Position numbers and translations under genes: made by a program. From an uncultured bacterium (GTDB lineage: Bacteria; Fidelibacterota; Marinisomatia; Marinisomatales; TCS56): 64,000 bases of DNA. Position 1 is the stretch's first letter. The number at the start of each line of letters is the position of its first letter. The DNA lies in the NCBI GenBank assembly GCA_964628055.1, contig CAZVNL010000001.1:106170-170169 (forward strand). The letters are read 5' to 3'. The notes beneath the pieces are model-generated. The model was not told the DNA's origin and made no database searches. It was given only the letters and a program-made list of their open reading frames with translations. Positions 59,347 through 64,000 of this stretch are shown piece after piece.

Positions 59347-60783
59347 TTAATAGCGATAGTGTTTCGACTTGAAGGGTCCTTCCCGCGAAATACCCATATA
59401 AGCCTCCTGTGCAGGTGTCAGTTCGGTAAGTTGGACACCTAATTTTTTTAGATGAAGTCGGGCGACCTCTTCGTCCAATTTCTTGGGTAAACGATATACG
59501 CCTACCGCGGGTCGTTCTTCGGCCAGGGCAATTTGGGCCAATACCTGGTTGGAGAAGGAAGCCGACATCACAAAACTGGGGTGACCAGTAGCACAACCTA
59601 AATTCACCAGACGTCCTTCAGCTAAGATATAAATTTGATGTCCGTCTGGGAACGTATAGCGATCCACCTGGGGTTTGATATTTTCTTTAACGACCCCTTC
59701 TGCATGGTTCAGAGCTGCCATCTGGATTTCATTATCGAAGTGACCGATATTGCAGACGATGGCCTGGTCTTTCATTTTGGACATATGCTCGAGAGTGATG
59801 ATATCTCGATTACCAGTTGCGGTCACATAAATATCGGCGATGGTGAGTGCCTGTTCCAGGGTAACTACATCAAACCCCTCCATCACAGCCTGCAGGGCGC
59901 AGATGGGATCCACTTCGGTGATGAGCACCCGAGCCCCAAAACCACGCATGGACTGGCTGCATCCCTTCCCTACATCACCATAACCACATATGACCACCAC
60001 TTTCCCGGCAATCATCACGTCCATGGCCCGTTTTATCCCGTCGGCCAGGGACTCCCGGTTCCCATAAATGTTGTCAAATTTTGATTTGGTCACGGAATCG
60101 TTCACATTATAGGCCGCAACCAAAAGGGTTCCCTCCTGGGAGCGCTGTTCCAAACGGTGGACCCCGGTCGTGGTCTCCTCGGACACCCCGATTAACCGAT
60201 CCACAACCTTATGCCAGTGATGAGAATCCTGGGCAAGTACTTTCCGCAACAACGTGTCAATGACCAGTTCTTCTCCTGTGGCTTTACTTTCAGGGATATT
60301 ACCGGTGCGGGCGTAAGTTTCTTCCAATTCATAACCTTGGTGGACTAACAGGGTAGCATCCCCACCGTCATCGACGATTAAGTCCGGCCCTTGCCCACCA
60401 GGGAACGTCAACGCCTGGAGGGTACACCACCAATATTCCTCTAAGGATTCCCCCTTCCAGGCAAAGACCGGTGTACCGGATTGGGCAATGGCGGCGGCGG
60501 CATGGTCCTGCGTTGAAAAAATGTTGCAACTGGCCCAGCGAACCTCCGCCCCGAGAATTTTCAGTGTCTCAATGAGCACTGCCGTTTCTACTGTCATGTG
60601 CAAAGAGCCGGTGATCCGTTTGCCCGTAAGGGGCTTACTTTGACCGTACTTTTCCCTAATGGCTAACAGTCCAGGCATCTCCTTCTCGGCAACGTTAATG
60701 GCTCGTTGTCCGGCTTCCGCTAATTGAATATCACGCACTTTATAAGGTAAATCTTCAATTATTATCTGTTTCTTAGCGTTCAT
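59347..60783 (-). CDS. ahcY: Adenosylhomocysteinase
   Basis: [31 protein letters not shown] site [14 protein letters not shown] and the C-terminal KSKHYRY. I set the start at ATG 60783 (ATGA overlap with the metK stop). The tracked start at 60846 lies inside metK. Confidence 0.95.
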   Translation of the reverse strand: MNAKKQIIIEDLPYKVRDIQLAEAGQRAINVAEKEMPGLLAIREKYGQSKPLTGKRITGSLHMTVETAVLIETLKILGAEVRWASCNIFSTQDHAAAAIAQSGTPVFAWKGESLEEYWWCTLQALTFPGGQGPDLIVDDGGDATLLVHQGYELEETYARTGNIPESKATGEELVIDTLLRKVLAQDSHHWHKVVDRLIGVSEETTTGVHRLEQRSQEGTLLVAAYNVNDSVTKSKFDNIYGNRESLADGIKRAMDVMIAGKVVVICGYGDVGKGCSQSMRGFGARVLITEVDPICALQAVMEGFDVVTLEQALTIADIYVTATGNRDIITLEHMSKMKDQAIVCNIGHFDNEIQMAALNHAEGVVKENIKPQVDRYTFPDGHQIYILAEGRLVNLGCATGHPSFVMSASFSNQVLAQIALAEERPAVGVYRLPKKLDEEVARLHLKKLGVQLTELTPAQEAYMGISREGPFKSKHYRY

Positions 60784-61976
60784 TCGGTTTCCGTGACCTT
60801 TCTTATTTCGGCTTGCAATGTATCCACCATATCCACCTTTTCCCAAGTAAATGTTTCCTCTTCACGACCGAAGTGTCCATAAGCAGCGGTGAGGCGATAA
60901 CGGGGAGCTTTTAGCTGCAGGTGGTTAATGATATCCCTGGGTTTCAGGGGGAAAACGTGCCGGGCTATGTTCGTCAGGGTGGCGTCAGACACGGAACCAG
61001 TCCCAAAAGTACGCACATAAAACGACATGGGTTCGGCCACTCCAATACTGTAGGAAAGTTGGACTTCACATTTCTCCGCAATCCCGGCGGCGACAATATT
61101 CTTAGCGATGTAACGAGCCATGTAAGTACCGGAACGATCTACCTTGGAAGGATCTTTCCCAGAGAAAGCACCCCCTCCATGGGGAGCGTAACCTCCATAC
61201 GTGTCCACGATGATCTTGCGGCCCGTTAGACCCGTATCTGCCGCTGGTCCCCCCTCCACAAAACGACCGGTTCCATTCACGATAAACGCGTTGTTGTAGG
61301 GATACCCGGCCTGTTCCAGAACCGGTTTAATCACATGGTTAATAACTTCCTGTTCTACGAAAGCGTGTTCCGTAGCTTCATCCTGAAAACGATCCAGCAT
61401 GTCTTCGTGTTGAGTGGCAATGACCACTTTCTCAACGGCAACGGGTTTCTCGTCGTTGTAGACCACTGTCACCTGGGATTTTCCATCAGGCCGTAGCCAG
61501 GGGAGGATTTTATCCTTGCGTACGTTAGCCAACCGTTCCGTAAGACGGTGCGCTAATTGGATGGGTAGGGGCATATACTCGGGTGTTTCCCGGCAGGCAA
61601 ATCCAAACATGAGACCCTGATCACCAGCTCCCTGCTCCCTCCCTTCCGATTCTTCGACCCCCTGGGCAATCTCCTCACTTTGGGAATGGATTCCGGAGAT
61701 GACCTGCACCTCGTTTGCATCCATGCCACTGGCCATATCATGATAACCAATTTCCTGGAGCGTCTCCTTCACAATCCGTTCCACTTCCACAAATCCCCTT
61801 GTCTTCACTTCTCCCGTCACGACCACCAAACCCTTCGTCACCAAAGTTTCGCAAGCGACGTGAGACTCGGGATCCTGACGTAATAAGTCATCGAGCATTG
61901 CATCAGAAATGGCATCACAAACTTTATCGGGATGACCTTCGGTGACCGACTCGGAAGTGAATAAATAACGTTCCAT
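60780..61976 (-). CDS. metK: S-adenosylmethionine synthase
   Basis: 398 aa. [25 protein letters not shown] and [16 protein letters not shown] motifs. Confidence 0.97.
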   Translation of the reverse strand: MERYLFTSESVTEGHPDKVCDAISDAMLDDLLRQDPESHVACETLVTKGLVVVTGEVKTRGFVEVERIVKETLQEIGYHDMASGMDANEVQVISGIHSQSEEIAQGVEESEGREQGAGDQGLMFGFACRETPEYMPLPIQLAHRLTERLANVRKDKILPWLRPDGKSQVTVVYNDEKPVAVEKVVIATQHEDMLDRFQDEATEHAFVEQEVINHVIKPVLEQAGYPYNNAFIVNGTGRFVEGGPAADTGLTGRKIIVDTYGGYAPHGGGAFSGKDPSKVDRSGTYMARYIAKNIVAAGIAEKCEVQLSYSIGVAEPMSFYVRTFGTGSVSDATLTNIARHVFPLKPRDIINHLQLKAPRYRLTAAYGHFGREEETFTWEKVDMVDTLQAEIRKVTETE

Positions 61977-62149
61977 TACGACTCCGTTAATGAATTTAAA
62001 TTATTGGGAAGATAATTTACCTTTATCGGTGAACGCGAATCAATCCAGGAAATGCCCTGGGGAGGTTTTTTGCAAGGATAGTTTCCTGGAAAAGAGAATC
62101 TTAACGAACGCCAGGGGGAAATATCCACCGTATGAATAGACGGATCCTG

Positions 62150-63064
62150 TTAACACCACTGACTACCATCACGGCTGACAATTTTGCCTTCGATTTTCTG
62201 GTCAATTAAAATTGAGTCTTTCAAAACGATACTATCTGTAATAATACAATTCTGAATGTCACACTGATTCATGATGGTCACATAAGGACCGATGGTGGAA
62301 TCCTTCAACTGGCACCCTGGCGCTACATACACGGGTTCGTTGAAAACCACTCCCTGAAAAGCCTCATGGTCAGGTTTCAGCAATTGACGGTTGGTTTCTA
62401 AAAAGGTTTCCGGTACTCCCACGTCGTACCACGTATCAATAATCACCGCCCTAAAAGGCTCACCGGCCAAAACCATCAACTCCATTGCATCCGTGACCTG
62501 GTATTCCCCTTTGGTGCGCAGGTCTCTTTCCATGAGGTGTTCGATGGCCGCTTTCAGCTTCTTTTGACTGGTAAAATAATATAAACCGGTAATAGCCAAG
62601 TTTGAAGGAGGGTTCGCCACCTTTTCGTGAAAACGGACAATTCGATCATTGTCTAATTCCACGATCCCAAAACGTGAAGGATCCTCCACCGCTCCCACAG
62701 CGATCTGACTAACCTCCGAATGGATCATAAATGTTAAGTCAATGTGAAAAATGGTGTCCCCTAACTGGACCAAAACCGGAGTGTCCTCTTCCGTCAACCC
62801 TTGTAATATGGCGTGTCCCAGACCCATTTTCTCTGCTTGAACAACGAAGTTGAAACGTCCAGTGTAGGATTGCATGTGGTCCACGACCTGTTGCCCCAGG
62901 TGTCCGATTACGAAAGTTATTTCTTCGATTCCAGCGGCCAGGATGGGGGGTACAATATGGTCGATTACAGGTTTCCCCGCCACGGGTAACAGGGTCTTTT
63001 GATAGTAGTTCGTATGGGGTAACAGGCGTGTTCCCAAACCCGCTACCGGAATCAGGGCTTTCAT
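62150..63064 (-). CDS. Sugar-phosphate nucleotidyltransferase (glucose-1-phosphate thymidylyl/uridylyl-transferase-like)
   Basis: 304 aa. N-terminal MKALIPVAGLGTRLLPHT...K.LLPVAGKP signature. The C-terminal segment looks like a short left-handed beta-helix. Confidence 0.8.
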   Translation of the reverse strand: MKALIPVAGLGTRLLPHTNYYQKTLLPVAGKPVIDHIVPPILAAGIEEITFVIGHLGQQVVDHMQSYTGRFNFVVQAEKMGLGHAILQGLTEEDTPVLVQLGDTIFHIDLTFMIHSEVSQIAVGAVEDPSRFGIVELDNDRIVRFHEKVANPPSNLAITGLYYFTSQKKLKAAIEHLMERDLRTKGEYQVTDAMELMVLAGEPFRAVIIDTWYDVGVPETFLETNRQLLKPDHEAFQGVVFNEPVYVAPGCQLKDSTIGPYVTIMNQCDIQNCIITDSIVLKDSILIDQKIEGKIVSRDGSQWC

Positions 63065-63080
63065 CTTTTATTAATGGACG

Positions 63081-63368
63081 TTAAAACGGCACGCGTTTCT
63101 TTTTGAGCCTGGTCAATCGGGCAACCATCTTGTCCACAGCGCGATCAATAGACTTGGTCACATTATCGGTAGATTCCTTTACATTCAACTTGCGCTGGGG
63201 AATAGAGAGATTCAACTCGGCAATAAATTGAGTTTTTTCATGGTGCAAAATAATCTGACATTGGGTTATTCGGTCATGCACTTTGGTCAACCGCTGAAGT
63301 TCTTTTTCGGCGTAGGTCCGGAGGTTCTCCGGAGCTCGAAAATGACGCGCGGTAAATTCAATGACCAT
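63081..63368 (-). CDS. hpf: Ribosome hibernation-promoting factor / RaiA family (short form)
   Basis: 95 aa. MVIEFTARHF...L..YAEKEL.RL.K...I....I.L matches the HPF/YfiA fold pattern. Confidence 0.85.
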   Translation of the reverse strand: MVIEFTARHFRAPENLRTYAEKELQRLTKVHDRITQCQIILHHEKTQFIAELNLSIPQRKLNVKESTDNVTKSIDRAVDKMVARLTRLKKKRVPF

Positions 63369-63398
63369 GAAACTTCCTTTCTATTTACAGATTTGGGG

Positions 63399-64000
63399 TC
63401 AGCTAAGGATTGGTCCTGCTTTCAAGACCTCATCATCACCGAGGTCGTACTGCTTGTAATTCTCCTGGAACTTAACCACGAGTTCCCGGGCTCCCTCGTG
63501 GTAGGCCTTTTCTTGTTTCCACGCCTTTTGAGGGATGAGAATATTCCCGTCTACCCCCGGGAGTTGGCTGGGTACCATGAAATGGAAGTAGGGGTCCTCT
63601 TGCATGGGAACCTTCTCAATACTCCCATCCAGGATAGTATGAATAATCGTACGGGTCAATGGTAAATGAATCCGCTTGGCCCCCGAGCTGGCACTGGCCC
63701 CCACCCAACCCGTGTTTACCAGATAAGCCGGGACCCCGTGCCGTTTCATCTTTTCTTGCAATAATTTTGCGTAAGTCAAGGGATGCAACGTGAGAAAGGG
63801 TCCCCCGAAACAGGGAGAGAAAGTGGCTACCGGTTCCGTGATCCCCCGTTCTGTACCAGCCACCTTGGCTGTATATCCACTGATGAAATGGTACATGGCC
63901 TGATCAGGATTTAACTTGGACACGGGTGGTAAAATCCCATAGGCGTCACAGGCTAAGAAAATGATGGTACGAGGATGACCGGATATACTGGGCTTCCCCT
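63399..64000 (-). CDS. pckA: Phosphoenolpyruvate carboxykinase (ATP), C-terminal part (gene continues beyond the right edge)
   Basis: FISGYTAKVAGTERGITEP.ATFS.CFG.PF and YLVNTGW motifs. The frame stays open upstream of the tracked Met to position 64000 (...GKPSISGHPRTIIFLACDAYGILPPVSKL...). Confidence 0.93.
   Translation of the reverse strand, partial: GKPSISGHPRTIIFLACDAYGILPPVSKLNPDQAMYHFISGYTAKVAGTERGITEPVATFSPCFGGPFLTLHPLTYAKLLQEKMKRHGVPAYLVNTGWVGASASSGAKRIHLPLTRTIIHTILDGSIEKVPMQEDPYFHFMVPSQLPGVDGNILIPQKAWKQEKAYHEGARELVVKFQENYKQYDLGDDEVLKAGPILS

Noticed and set aside
61977-62149. A known SAM-I, SAM-II or SAH riboswitch upstream of metK-ahcY
   Set aside because: I could not find the conserved cores I remember for these classes (for example the GAGGGA...GCCC core of SAM-I). 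Only the generic interleaved inverted repeats are reported, as a low-confidence finding.

Overview
This window is chromosomal and almost entirely core housekeeping genes from a diderm bacterium. Three features point to the FCB superphylum (Bacteroidota/Ignavibacteriota/Calditrichota-like): a gingipain/PorU-like C25 peptidase with a T9SS-type C-terminal sorting domain, a 754-aa mitochondrial-type aconitase, and a single LptF/G permease. The exact taxon cannot be determined from the sequence alone.

Gene blocks:
(i) A complete dcw cluster, mraZ-rsmH-ftsL-ftsI-murE-murF-mraY-murD-ftsW-murG-murC-murB-ftsQ-ftsA-ftsZ (10.5-27.3 kb). Nearly every junction is an overlapping stop/start. There is no ddl in the cluster.
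(ii) yceD-rpmF-plsX-fabH-fabD-fabG-acpP-fabF-rnc (39.2-45.8 kb).
(iii) Central metabolism: aconitase, pruA, a COG2403 P-loop protein plus carbamate kinase, sucCD, ndk, the 3' part of pckA, and metK-ahcY.
(iv) A sugar-phosphate and cell-wall recycling block: PMM/PGM, polyprenyl synthase, PGI/PMI, murQ and a class-A beta-lactamase-like lipoprotein.
(v) Envelope genes: an M23 peptidase, maf, a rodZ-like gene, a SPOR lipoprotein, and lptF/G.

I found no rRNA, tRNA, CRISPR array, transposase, integrase or recognisable defence gene, so I do not claim a clear novel system.

Observations most worth a second look:
- murG, an essential gene, is split by a frameshift inside an A10 homopolymer.
- A translationally coupled pair of uncharacterised envelope genes at 54.7-59.2 kb: a 997-aa lipoprotein and a 504-aa PorV/FadL-like barrel with a Pro/Glu tail.
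- A decayed DUF4920-like gene with two in-frame stops.
- An AT-rich, roughly 0.7 kb non-coding stretch next to a GNAT gene. It contains an AAGGTN hexamer array that varies only at the sixth position.
- GTGGG direct repeats (candidate MraZ operator) in the dcw promoter.
- A stem-loop-rich REP/MITE-like element upstream of pruA.
- Interleaved inverted repeats in the metK-ahcY leader.

Two genes missing from the ORF track were recovered by hand: a partial miaB at the left edge, and rpmF (59 aa).
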